This document shows, piece after piece, positions 42,216 to 53,188 of a DNA stretch of 64,000 nucleotides (position 1 is its first letter; each line of letters starts with the position of its first letter). The position numbers and the translations under genes are program-made. The stretch comes from Alphaproteobacteria bacterium (GTDB lineage Bacteria > Pseudomonadota > Alphaproteobacteria > MPNO01 > UBA830): assembly GCA_964291215.2 (NCBI GenBank), contig OZ219790.1, positions 2,432,001 through 2,496,000 of the forward strand, given 5' to 3'. Below the pieces are notes generated by a model, which ran no database searches, had not been told where the DNA came from, and worked only from the letters and a program-made list of their open reading frames with translations.

Positions 42216-42938
42216 ATGAGCCTCAAGCCTTCCGCAACCGAACTGTTTCGCCGGAAACTCGCCGAGCGTCCCCAACCGGCCGAACTCCGCCAGATCGCGC
42301 TTGACGGCCTTGCCTCTTCGCCGGCGCTAGAGGCAGCCCGTCACGCCGAGATCGGCATGCTCGTCATGCACACCGACAGGACCTGGTGGGACGGCCTCTT
42401 GGTGCGCGCCCTTGCCGAACAGGGGCTGGCACTGACGGGGAAATGGTCCGGGCGCCTGGTTTCGTCTGCCGGCAATGCTGCCATTCGCAGCGGCGAGGCG
42501 GTCATCCAGGTCAGCCACTTCATCGTCAGGGAAACGCATGAACGGAACCGGTGGCCGATCCGAATGCAGGGCCTCGACTGCAGGAACGCCACCTCGCTCA
42601 CCCAGCTGATCGTCGAACACGAGATAGCGCATGTCGCGGAATACGCGGCCACCGGGAAGATGCGGGGTCACGGACCGACATTCCGGGAGATCGCCGGCAG
42701 CCAGTTCGGTCACACCAAGTTTACCCACAACCTGATCACGGCAAGGCAGAAGGCGCACGACGAGGGAATCCGACCGGGCATGCGGGTGACATTCGTCCAT
42801 GAGGAGAGCCGCTACTGGGGCAAGGTCGCCAGGATAACGAAGCGGGCCACCGTCATTACCGAAGGGCGGCCGCAAATGAAATGCTACGTGCCGATCAAGC
42901 TGCTCGAAGCCGCGCCCCTCCGGCGGTCGGCAGCCTGA
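42216..42938 (+). CDS. SprT-like zinc metalloprotease
   Basis: EHEIAH and HGPTF motifs; C-terminal SH3/KOW-like GKVARITKRATV. Confidence 0.75.
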   Translation: MSLKPSATELFRRKLAERPQPAELRQIALDGLASSPALEAARHAEIGMLVMHTDRTWWDGLLVRALAEQGLALTGKWSGRLVSSAGNAAIRSGEAVIQVSHFIVRETHERNRWPIRMQGLDCRNATSLTQLIVEHEIAHVAEYAATGKMRGHGPTFREIAGSQFGHTKFTHNLITARQKAHDEGIRPGMRVTFVHEESRYWGKVARITKRATVITEGRPQMKCYVPIKLLEAAPLRRSAA

Positions 42939-43670
42939 CCGATCCGGACCCGCTCCTTCGTCGGAAGCCGCCACCGGCCCGATTCGGCAAGCGCCGCCAG
43001 CGTGGCGGGATCGTCTCGCACCGTCCCGCCCGGGATTTCGACGCCTTTCGGCACTTCAGGGATATCGCTTGCGCCACGGCCCGCGAACAGCCCGAAACGC
43101 CGCCTCCCGCCCCTTTCAACATCCCACACTTATACAGGTATCTCATTCCCGCCTTCTCTCGCCGAGTGCGTCGCGCACCTGGATCGCCCGGTGCAGCCGC
43201 TCGAGACCCTGCCAGACCTTCTTCGTTCCCGGGAGCGATTGCCGCGCGGCAAGATGCGATCCGACGAGGCGTCCGAGATCGATGACCACCGCCCTGATGT
43301 CGGGCGCCTTCCCGTTCGCCATCCTCACGACGTTGCGATGACCCTGCGCTTCCGGCAGCGTGTGAAGCAGGTCGATGTCCTCCTCCGCAAACACTTCGCT
43401 CGCCGGGGTCAAGGGACACTCCTGCGCGAGGACGGTCAGGATGTGGACGGCGAGGCACTTCTTCAGATCGTCGGCCCGCCGGCGGTCCTTGATCCGGGTC
43501 TTCAGCGTGCAGAACCAGGTCTCGATGCGCGTCCGGTACCAGCCGGTCGCCACGTGCACGGCCTCCGCTTGCGCCGGGCGCTCGGTGGTCAGCAGCGCCT
43601 CGTCGCCGTCTCGCTGGCCGCGAACATGGACACAGGCGTTGCCCTCGCGGTGCGGCGGCACTACCTCGAC

Positions 43671-45597
43671 CCTTTCAATGGTACACTGTCAACTCGATGT
43701 TGGCGTAGTCGCCCCGGTAGTTTTCAGTGAACAAGATCAGGTATCCTTCCCAGAGTTTGTGGGTGCCCGGCATGGGCTGGCGGTTCGACGGGATGAATCC
43801 GGCGAGGCGCGCGGTGTTGACGGCGAACTCCGCGATCGCCTGGGCCGCGTTGCCTGCGGTGGTTTGGTTTCGACATGGCGAGGACATGGATCTCGTCCTC
43901 GTGGACGATCGTGCGCGCCGGCATGGCGCTCCGCGCGAGGATGACGGTGCATGCAGTAATGGCAGGCACTTCCTCAGGTCGTCGTCGGCGTTGAGCCCCT
44001 TGATCCGCGTTCCGGTCTTGACGGCCGCGAACCACTCTCAGCCAGCGTTCCCAGGCGCGGATCGCGTTCTCCTGCGTGGGCTCACCTTCGGTAGTCAAGA
44101 GCAACCAGCCGGTCCTGTCGGCGGCGTCTTCTCCAGGACGCGCACTGCGAGCATGGTGAGTGGGGCCGTGCCCAGGGCGGGACGAGATCGGCCCGCAGCT
44201 TGTTGCGCCCCTTGCGCGTCCGGGGGCCGCCACAGGTCGATCGTCTTCTCCGCGACGATGTCCAATTCGGCCGCGAACAGGTCCCTGGCCTTGCCGTCCG
44301 CCGTGATGGCCCGCCCGAACGGCTGGCGCGGACCAGGAGCCGCCGGGCGCGGAGGCCTCCGACAGAAGAGACCACATGTCGCCCTCACGGTCGCAGACGG
44401 GCGAGTTCGCGGACAGGCCGCCTCGGCGGACTTGGCGAAGGTGTCCGTCCGCTTTCCTCGCCCGCCGTCGCCTTGTCCTCCGCGCGGAATCAAGGCTGAA
44501 TACCCCCGGTGCGCAGCCGCTGAACGCAACGCCGACATGAGCCCCTTGCTTCCAGAGCCGCCGATGTCGACAAGGCCCTGCGTCGCCTCGCTGTAGTTCA
44601 GCATCCCTGAACCGCAACAGACTGGCTGCGGCAACGCATCGCCTCCTGATGCGGCTGTCTTGCATGCCGATCCTCGGGTTCGACAGGAACCTGTAAGCCG
44701 CTCCGCCTCGCCGGGAAAGATTATCGGTGCACCCGGACGACCGCACCAGGCCTCGCCCATCGTGACAAGGCGCTTGCGCACATCGCCGTGCGCGCTCCGT
44801 CCGTACTCCGCCATCCTCCCTCGACGCGGGCCTGAACCGATCACCCGGCCCGCCCGAGAGACCAGTCCGCCGACAGCGGCTTCACATACACCCGCAACCC
44901 CTTGCAGCACGCCGCCGCACGGTAGGCTCCGCACCCACGTAGCTGTACGCCAGGCGAACACCGTAGCGCTCCTCCCAGTCACGCGATCATGGAACAGCGC
45001 CACGGACGCAAGCCCGCGGACGCCGGGAAGAAACCTGTCATTGTTGACAGCCCGCCCGATGTTGGCGTCCCGCGCTGCCAGCCGATGTGGAAGTCCCGCG
45101 CCTTGTGATGCCAAGACGCAGCGCCAGGCCGCCGAGGACGCCGTGCAGGGACGAGAGAATCCAGTAGCGGATGCCCGGGACAGGCCGCGTCGGGATGGTG
45201 CGATGCCATCATCGACCGCGCCAGCGACTTGTCCTCGTCGGCAACCGGAACCACGCCAAGATCGCCGAGACGGCACGACAGGTGTCTGTCGGGATAATCC
45301 GGCGACGGGGCCAGGGACTCCGGGGTCATCCCTCCCATCGTACGAGCCTCCGGCAGAGGCAGACCGAGTGCGGCGGAGAACTTCGGAAGCGCGGGCGAGG
45401 CATAGTTTTCCCTTCGCGTTCCGCCAGTCCTCACGCTCGCAGAGCTCACGTGCCAGGAAGGTCCGCGTGCAATCCCCGGCGCCAAGCCGTGCCTTCAGCC
45501 AGTCAACCGTCTCGCCACCATGATGTCGCAGGCCGATTCTCATGGAACCGTATATACGGCGTCAGTTGCTTCGATTCTACAGTGATCAGTTGAAAGG
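43671..45597 (-). mobile_element. IS4-family element B with DUF4338-like N-terminal region, nested in A
   Basis: Ends CCTTTCAA / TTGAAAGG; LARELCEREDWRNAKG, VNNDRF, AYRFLSNP, VCDREGD, WLLLTT, PGTHKLWEG. Confidence 0.78.
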
Positions 45598-46956
45598 CCA
45601 CGGGCCGCGACATACTCCCACAGGCACTCCTCGTTGCCGTCCGCACGCGCTGTCTCGCGCGCACCAGCAGCGCGGCCCCGGCGTCCACGGCATGCAGCTC
45701 CCGGAAGTCGCCCTCGCAGACCACCCGCGTGTCCGGGCAGGCCGGCGCAAGCTCCCGTGCCCACTCGAGACCGGCTGTCCTCCCCGGGCTCCTGCCGGAA
45801 GGCCGCGTCCATCAGGCCCGGGGGCCGGCCCTCCGGCGTCACCGCCAGACCGGCGAGAATGCCGACGCTCCCCTTGCCACCCCCGTCTGGACCCTTCGTC
45901 GACCCCGGCCGCTGCAGTCGAGTGCCGTCGTGTCTTGTATCGCAAGAGGCTCTATCCGACAACGCTCGACGGTCGCCTCGACATGCGCCTCCGGAACGTG
46001 CTCCATGGAGATCCTCGGGTTCGACAGCAGGCGGCCTTCTGCTCCGTCTTCTCGGGAAAGATGACCGGCAGATCCTCCCCCATGTTCTCCATCCGGGCCC
46101 ATGTCAACGATGGCCGCCGCCCGTCGGCGTGCGCCCGTACTCCCGCTCCGCGTCAGTGCCGTCATGGGCGCCCGCGAGGGCGCCGAGTGGATGTCGCCCT
46201 GTCCCGTGGAGCGCCAGCCGCTCTCCAGCGCCAGGACCCCTCGCCGCGGCGCCCGCTGCCGGCCACGGTCCAGCCGGCGCAGTGGCAGCAGTAACCGCTC
46301 CGCGCCGACATGGGTACAGGCCGCCACCGGACGCACCGCGGGCTTCCCGGTCGTCGGCGACGCGCTCCGCCGCCATGCGCAGGACCCCAGCCCGCAGACC
46401 CGGACGCCGGGAAGAAACCGATGATGGCAGATCACGCGCCTGATGTTGGCGGCGCGGGCGTCGGCAGACCATCCACTTGTCCCGCGCCCGCAACTGCCAG
46501 GTCGCGAAGCCGATCCCGCATGCCGTGGTGCTGCGAGCGGACCCGGTAGCGCACATGACCGCCGGGGCGCCCGTCCCGGCGGGTGGTGCATCGCCATCAT
46601 CGCCTCCCGGAGCCGGCGATCGTCGGTGCCGCCCACCGGCGAGACCGGGCCGAGATCCTGCAGCAGGCAGGCGAGCGTCATCGGGCAGGACGGCGGGCAC
46701 GACGGTCGGGGACGCTCCGCGGCAGCTCGAGACCCACGCGCTCGGCGAGCGCCGGCAGCACCTGCCGCCGACAGGCACGGACGACCAGGCGCGTTGCGCC
46801 AGCCGGTGCGCTCGCAAAGCTCGCGAGCCAGACCGTGACGGATGGCGTCGGCGGAGCGCGCCAGCGAACCGGTCCGGTGTCCGTGAATCGAAATGGCGGA
46901 GACCGACCTGCGTGCCCGCAGCATGCACGAAACAAATCACTATATAAGTCTGATAC

Positions 46957-48421
46957 GTATCTACTCACCCCTTGTTGGGTTCTGATTGGCCGTAGTGCTC
47001 GTTGATGATGTCTGCGGCTTTTCCGTCGAGGGCGATCCGGGTGGCGACGAGTGGGTTGTAGCCGAGTGCGGCCATGGAGGTGAGGTAGCTTGAGCCCCGG
47101 CACCATGCTTTTGCGTGGAGCGGAAGCATCCGGACACCTTGACCTTTGCCATCCTGATCTTCTGTTCTCCGGCATTGTTGGTGAAGCTGACGTTGGGGTC
47201 GTCTGTGAAGCGCAGGTTTTCGTGTTTCACGAGACGTTCGTACAGGTTGTGCGCGTCGGACTTGCGTCCACGTTTTCCTTTCGTCGGGATGTCGGGCAGT
47301 TCCCTGGCGCCCTGATGGTGCGGTAGCGCCCGGCGTCGTTCAGGGTTTTGGATGCGCTCTTGTTGATCTTGTGGCAGACCTCGCGGAGCAGGCTCTTCAT
47401 AAGTCGCGCGGTAGCCTCGACGACAAAGGTCAGTTCGCGCAGCAGGTGGCTACCGCACAGCTGGTGGCTACACTGGCCCATGTACGAGGCCCAGGACGCC
47501 CTTGTAACACGGGCCGATCTCTTGCTTGCGGTGCGGGAACTTGCACGTCAGGGTCCCACGACATGGAGCCACTTGCTGTTGATCCGAAATCATCGACATC
47601 GGGCGTTGCAGGAGGTGCGCCACGGCGGCCTCCTCCCATGACGCATCGTGAAAGCATAGCCGAGGCCTCGGAGAGCTTGATGCCGGAGATCGACTGCACG
47701 AACGCGACGGCGCAGGGACAGCATTTGGGCGACCAGCAGGTTGATGACGAGGGCCTGAATGCCGATGCCGTACTGCACGGGATGTTGTCGGGGAACCGGG
47801 CCTTGCACTTCGGGCATTCCTCGGCGCGGCGCTCGACGACCTCGAACACGATGTCGTGCGGCGCTCCCGATCGACGGGGCCGTCGATGTCAGCGCCGCAG
47901 GCGTCGCAGGCCGCAACCGTTTCCTCGACGATGGTCTTGCGCAGGTTGTCGCCCATCTGCCGGTTCAGCTTCGGGCCCTTGCCGTTGCTCCCGGCACGCT
48001 CTTGTCCGTCTGTGACGGCGGCAGACCGGAGTTCCGGCTCGTGCGTAGTCTTCTCCAGAAGGACGACGATGAGGATGTCGAAGACGCGGATCACGGCATC
48101 TTCCGCCACCTTGCCGGCAGCGCCGCGATCTTGGCCGCTTCGAACTCCTCGCGCGCCGCCCGTCGCCATCACCCGGCCTTGCGCTTCATCAGCGCGCCGC
48201 CTCCGAGATGCGTTTCCACATACAGATCATGCGGAGGCTGGAGCCCCGGAAGCAGCTGGCACAGCCCGCTCGTCGCCTTCGATCCAAAGTAGCCCACTGG
48301 CGGTCCCCGTCGTTCTCGATTACCACCACTAAACGAATCGGCCTGCAGTGTCAAATCTCCACGAAAACCCGTTCGTTACTCTACCCCGACATCAAGCCGG
48401 AACCAGGGGGTGAGCAGTTAC
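46957..48421 (-). mobile_element. IS66-family element, degraded
   Basis: GTA(T/A)CT.CTCACCC TIRs with a perfect 8-bp target duplication TCTGATAC; HQLCGSHLLREL, FTNNAGE. Confidence 0.92.
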
Positions 48422-48456
48422 TCTGATACTTTGAAAGTTCCCGCCACGACAAGCCA

Positions 48457-49221
48457 TCAGGCCGGGGGCAAAGACGCTCCCTTCCGGTAAAGCAGACGCA
48501 TCGCCGCCGCCGACACGGCGAGGCAAACTACAAGAAATGGGCCCGCGGGAAGATCTGCGACCGCGGAGATCAACAGGGCTGCCAAGACGGCGGCCCCGCC
48601 GCTCGCGAAGGCGCGCCGGTGGATGTAGCCCCTGCCGGCCCGGGCCGCGAGAGCGGGGAGGATGAGGCTGGCGAACACGACATAGACACCGACCAGCTGC
48701 ATCGATGCCGTGATGACAAGGGCGAACAGGATGAAGAAGCCGGTGCCGGCGCGAAGGCGCGGCACGAGGAGCCAGAGAGCGGCAAAGAAACCGTATATCG
48801 GCAGGAACGACGCGATATTGCCCCAGGTTACGAACAGAAGTTGACCCGAAAGCACATGGCGCAGCGCCTCGCCGCCGTGAGGGTCATTAGCAAGCGCGAG
48901 GAGGGCTACGGAAGCGGCGACGATAAAGCTGCTGCCGATCACCGCTTCCTGCTCGTCCGGCGATTTCCGTTCGATCCAGCGAAAGAACAACGCGATGGTT
49001 ATGCCAGCGGCGAAGGCCGCCCCTTGGGCCACGATCCAAGACGGCTCCTCCAACCAGACGTTGAGCAGGATGACGGCGAGGCCGACGACCTGCGCGGTGG
49101 CGAGGTCGATGAACACGATCCCGCGCTTGAGAACCTCGATTCCCAGCGGCGCATGGGCCGCCGCGACGAGCAGCCCGCCAACAAGGCCCGGCGCCAGGAT
49201 GTCAAGCAGATCAGGGTCTAT
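48457..49221 (-). CDS. Metal ABC transporter permease (ABC-3 type)
   Basis: H.PLG.EVLKRGIVFIDLA, VGVYVVFASLILPA; open frame back to ATA at 49221 behind GGAGG. Confidence 0.85.
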   Translation of the reverse strand: MDPDLLDILAPGLVGGLLVAAAHAPLGIEVLKRGIVFIDLATAQVVGLAVILLNVWLEEPSWIVAQGAAFAAGITIALFFRWIERKSPDEQEAVIGSSFIVAASVALLALANDPHGGEALRHVLSGQLLFVTWGNIASFLPIYGFFAALWLLVPRLRAGTGFFILFALVITASMQLVGVYVVFASLILPALAARAGRGYIHRRAFASGGAAVLAALLISAVADLPAGPFLVVCLAVSAAAMRLLYRKGASLPPA

Positions 49222-50122
49222 CCGGGACCTCCTCCAGCAAGCTCAGGGTGCTGTCGAACAGAGAGAAGAGATCGGTCGCCTCCGGGCGGCCGCCGACCGT
49301 GAAGGGAAGCTCGACGACCGGAATGCCCGTCTTGCCGGAGAGCCAGTCCGAGGCGTCTTCGGGCTCGAAGGGCGCACGGACGATTGCCCTTGCGCCAGCG
49401 TCCTGCACCAATTCGAGAACCCGGGCCAGATGCGATGCCGTCGGCGGAACCCCCGAGATCCGCTCCAGAGCTGCAACCCGCTCCAGGCCCGACCAGCGCA
49501 GCAGATAGACCCAAGCCTTGTGGTGAACGATGATCTTCATACCGCGCAGCTTCTCCGTTCGCTCGCGCCAGCCGGCCAAGGCCCTGGCCCAGCGCTCCTG
49601 GAACGAGGCCAAGCGCTGCCGGTAGGCTGCCGCGCGATCTGGATCGATTTGCTCCAGACGACCCGTCAGCACCTCTGCAAGGATGGCGATGTTGCGCGGA
49701 TCGAGATGGACGTGTGGATTCCCGGCCGGATGGATGTCCCCCATGCTGCGGTCCACGACCTTCGGCCGGTCGAGGACTTGCACATGGTCGGCCGCCAAGA
49801 TATGCCCCGGCTGGCCCGGCTGAACCATGCGTCCGGCACCCCTTTCCAATAGCACCGGCAGCCATCCTACTTCGAGGTCCGCCCCGGAACAGAACAGTAT
49901 TTTGGCGCTGCGCACCTTCGCGATCAGGCTGGGGCGGGCGCGTATGTGGTGCGCATCCTGGCTGCCGTGAGTCGCCGAGTGGACGACGACATCCTCGCCG
50001 CCGATTTCCTCTGCCAGCGCCGCCCATTCCGGCTCGCAGGCAAGGATCCGGACCTGCGCACTCGCCGCCGCCGGCGACAACAGGGCGGCCGCGACCGCAG
50101 TGGCCAGCGCCGTTCGCTTCAT
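49211..50122 (-). CDS. Zn/Mn ABC transporter substrate-binding protein
   Basis: QDAHH, GNPHVHLDP, HKAW.Y motifs; signal peptide. Confidence 0.9.
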   Translation of the reverse strand: MKRTALATAVAAALLSPAAASAQVRILACEPEWAALAEEIGGEDVVVHSATHGSQDAHHIRARPSLIAKVRSAKILFCSGADLEVGWLPVLLERGAGRMVQPGQPGHILAADHVQVLDRPKVVDRSMGDIHPAGNPHVHLDPRNIAILAEVLTGRLEQIDPDRAAAYRQRLASFQERWARALAGWRERTEKLRGMKIIVHHKAWVYLLRWSGLERVAALERISGVPPTASHLARVLELVQDAGARAIVRAPFEPEDASDWLSGKTGIPVVELPFTVGGRPEATDLFSLFDSTLSLLEEVPDRP

Positions 50123-50131
50123 CTCCGGGGC

Positions 50132-51592
50132 TCAAAAGCTGTGGGCAGCGTGGGCGCCGAGGGACATGATGTATTGCAGGATGAACTGGTGGTCACGCTT
50201 CGAGCCAAAGGCCTCTCGGTTGTACTGGAAACGGACACGCCCGAACTCGCTGTTGGTCCAGTCGAGCATGGTGCTGACCGAGGAGTGGCCCCGGCCCAGT
50301 TCCGCATCCTTCGGCGGCGAGAGATGCGAATAGCGGACACCGGCCCGCCAGCGCGGCAAGAACTTGTAGACCGCCTGAGCATACCAGCCGCTGGCGTCAC
50401 CATTGAGTTCCTCGGTCTCTTCACAGACTTCGTGACCGTGTTCCTCTTCCTCGCATTCCTCCTCCAGCGTATAGGAACCCGTCTCGCGACGGAGGAAATA
50501 CTCGCCCTGGAGGATCAGCTCCCTTTCCCGCGCATTGCCTGTCGGCGCGAGGGTATAACGGAGATCCGCGCCGAAGATCTGCGCATCGCCCGTGAACAGG
50601 CCGTTCGAGAAAAATTCGTCATGGGCATGTTCTTCGTGCTCCTCGTCATGCTCTTCATGGACATGCTCGTCCTCATGTTCATGCTCGTCCTCATGTTCAT
50701 GCGCATGGCCCCCCCCACCTCGGCGGTGAGCCTTCCCATTCAGCATATAAGCGCCAATCCGGAATGCCGAATTTCTGGTCACATCGCCGCCCAGCCGCAC
50801 ATAGGCGGACCATGCTTCCCGACCCGTTTCGGAACCGCCGAAAGGCATGTCATCGCCGCGGAAGATGCCGGCCCCGACCTCCTTGTAGAAGTCGCCCGGA
50901 AGCACGACGGAAACCTCGGCGCCGTCATCATTGTAACCGCCGTCAAGAAACGCCCGGTAGGGAAGCGGCCGATTACTGAAGTCGTCGCCGTGGGCGTGCT
51001 GCTCGTTCAGGTAGCCGAACGTCCAGAGCGCCCGGCCTGCCTTGAGACGAATCCCGTCCGGCATGCCTGAGCCGGGCAAGGTCTGGATATAGGCTTCCTC
51101 GAGATCGAGTTCGGTCATGTCGCCGTGGGCACCAAGACCCAGGGTGAGATTACCGCGAAACTTGTCATCGATATTGCCTGACGCCGTGATCTCGCTGTGA
51201 CCAAGGCCGAGCCCCTCTGCAGGACGCTCGGAATGATGGCCAAGCTGGAAACCCGGAAGGCTGGAGCTGTCCTCGGAGTATTCCGTCAGCATGCCGTTGA
51301 GAACGATACCGATCGCCGGATTGAAGCTGTTGTCACCGGACCGCATGGAAGGCCGCACCATCGCAGCGGATGGCGAGGTTTCCTTGCCGGCAGCCGAGAA
51401 CTTCGCCTTCATCGCCGCAAGCTGAGCTTCAAGCGCCGCAACGCGTTTTTCATATTCCTGCCTCAGAGCCTCGATCTGCCCGCCGAGTTGCTCTGGCGTA
51501 GGCGGTCCAGATTGCGACTGGGCCGCTGGAACGCCGAACAAAATCGGCAATCCGACGGATGCTGCCCACACATATGCAACGAGTTTGCGCAT
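50132..51592 (-). CDS. His/Glu-rich outer-membrane beta-barrel, probably zinc-regulated
   Basis: Signal peptide, FNPAIG..LNG, LEEAY, NEQHAH, HEHEDEHEHEDEH loop, C-terminal SLGAHAAHSF. Confidence 0.82.
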   Translation of the reverse strand: MRKLVAYVWAASVGLPILFGVPAAQSQSGPPTPEQLGGQIEALRQEYEKRVAALEAQLAAMKAKFSAAGKETSPSAAMVRPSMRSGDNSFNPAIGIVLNGMLTEYSEDSSSLPGFQLGHHSERPAEGLGLGHSEITASGNIDDKFRGNLTLGLGAHGDMTELDLEEAYIQTLPGSGMPDGIRLKAGRALWTFGYLNEQHAHGDDFSNRPLPYRAFLDGGYNDDGAEVSVVLPGDFYKEVGAGIFRGDDMPFGGSETGREAWSAYVRLGGDVTRNSAFRIGAYMLNGKAHRRGGGGHAHEHEDEHEHEDEHVHEEHDEEHEEHAHDEFFSNGLFTGDAQIFGADLRYTLAPTGNARERELILQGEYFLRRETGSYTLEEECEEEEHGHEVCEETEELNGDASGWYAQAVYKFLPRWRAGVRYSHLSPPKDAELGRGHSSVSTMLDWTNSEFGRVRFQYNREAFGSKRDHQFILQYIMSLGAHAAHSF

Positions 51593-51653
51593 CAACACTT
51601 CTCCTGTGGCCATGTCCCGCACGACCGGGCTTCGCCAATTAGGTTAGGTTTAA

Positions 51654-51668
51654 GTAATATTATAACAT
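51654..51668. promoter_or_regulatory. Zur-box-like palindrome
   Basis: GTAATATTATAACAT directly upstream of the metal uptake genes. Confidence 0.7.
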
Positions 51669-51704
51669 ATAATTTTACTGCGCACAACTATGCAGCCAAG
51701 GCGA

Positions 51705-53188
51705 TCTTACGCTAAATTCTGTTTTATTTTTCAAGGCAGTAGATGGGTTTTGCGGGAGCGCGGGTTGGTGCAGGAGATTTTTTTGCAGTTTTCGCTGGCT
51801 TTCCTGCACTGGATTTGTCATGGTGCGGGGATGTCGGTTCACAAGCACATCGCGTCCTGTCCGATTCACGTCGCAGCTCCGGAAGGGTCTGTCCGAGCAT
51901 CCATGTTTCTTGGCAAGGTTTTTGCGGGTGTCTGCGGTGATGTTTTCCGTGGTTGTCCACAAGCGGTATGGGATTTGCTCTGCGAGCGAGGCGACATGAA
52001 GCTTGTGGTCCCGGCGGCGGGTTGCCGTCCATTGGTCACGTGAACGCGGCTACCTTGCCGTCCCCGGGCACGTGACCGTCCGGGTTCCAGGTGTCCCAAG
52101 GCGGTTCGATCTCCTTGATGTCGGCCTCGACGATGATCTGCAGATGTTCTCCCCAAGCCGTGTCGTAGAGAGAGACTGTCGAGACAGTCCCGATCGCGCT
52201 CTCGGCAGGGGTGAGGGCCGTGTCTCCTTCACTCACTCACCGGTGCTTCAGGCAACGCTGCTGTCGCAGCAAGGTGTTCGCCAGAGCTTGCGCATCACGG
52301 CGACAATCGCGACTTTGTGGGCCTTGCCGGCAGTCTTGAGGCGCACCAGGTCCGCGTTGAAGCGTGCCGGTTGCGGCCAGGAGATCGCGTGGCCTTCGGC
52401 GCCCGCCACGGATGTGCCGAGCACCGTGGTCGTTGGCGCCACCCCGATCAAGGCTGCCGACGCTGCCGAGTTCGGGCATCCAGAAGGGCGGCGGCGGTCA
52501 CCGGATCGAGGTCAGGATGGCGTAGCTCTGCTCGGGATTACCGGCGATCATCGAGATCGGCCGCCGAGGCCCTTGTGACGGTTTCGCCATCCACCTCATC
52601 TGCCACGCGTCGACAAGCGCGGCACCAGGAGATCCTCCAGGCTCTTGAGGAAGGCGGAGCCACAGGCTCAAGATCGCCCAGCCGATCTTGGCGTCGACGC
52701 GGTTGGCGCCTCGGCGAAGCGCCCGCAACGGGTTGACGAGAATAACCTCGAAGCCCCGGTCATGAAGACACTGGTGAACCTTGCGGTGATAGCGGCCTGT
52801 CGCCCACCACCCGGCTCACCCCGAGGCTGCGAAGCCACCTGCCTGTGGCGTCGTTCGCAAAACAATGCGCCAGATGTCCAGACTGGCTGACCCCTGCTAC
52901 TACCTTGACCATCGTCCCTTGCTCCTCGCCTTGTGATGATACGGGTTCAAACCCGGGCATCCAGCGAGGGACGTCAAGGGAGGTTGCCAAACTCGGACGC
53001 GGCTCTGTCAAGGTCGAAACGGCAACCTCCGCGGAGATCGTTTGCTCCCCTGTGCGTGTTCGCTCAGGGGAGCGGAATCTCTCTGCAACCATAGACCGGA
53101 CGCTCTCCCACAGTCGGGGTTGTCCACATTTTCCCGCCCCCAACCGCTGTGGATGATTTCATCATCAAGGGGACAAAACCTAGTCACA
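51705..53188 (-). mobile_element. Unclassified repeat containing a degraded IS110-family element (IS110 about 52214-53094)
   Basis: Near-identical to 62425-63956; ARFNADL..RLKTAGKAHKVAIVAVMRKL; CT dinucleotide at both inferred IS110 ends. Confidence 0.82.

Larger units (their letters stand above)
43112..48438 (-). mobile_element. IS4-family element A with DUF4338-like N-terminal region, degraded, carrying nested elements
   Basis: TIRs CTTTCAA......A.ACTTATA.AG; TCCCGCC on both flanks; motifs LARELCERTGWRN, LAIQDTT, WY..R..IE, PGTKKVWQG. Confidence 0.75.

Noticed and set aside
50630-50705. Short tandem repeats resembling an array
   Set aside because: They encode the His/Glu-rich loop of the outer-membrane protein; there are no spacers, so this is not CRISPR.
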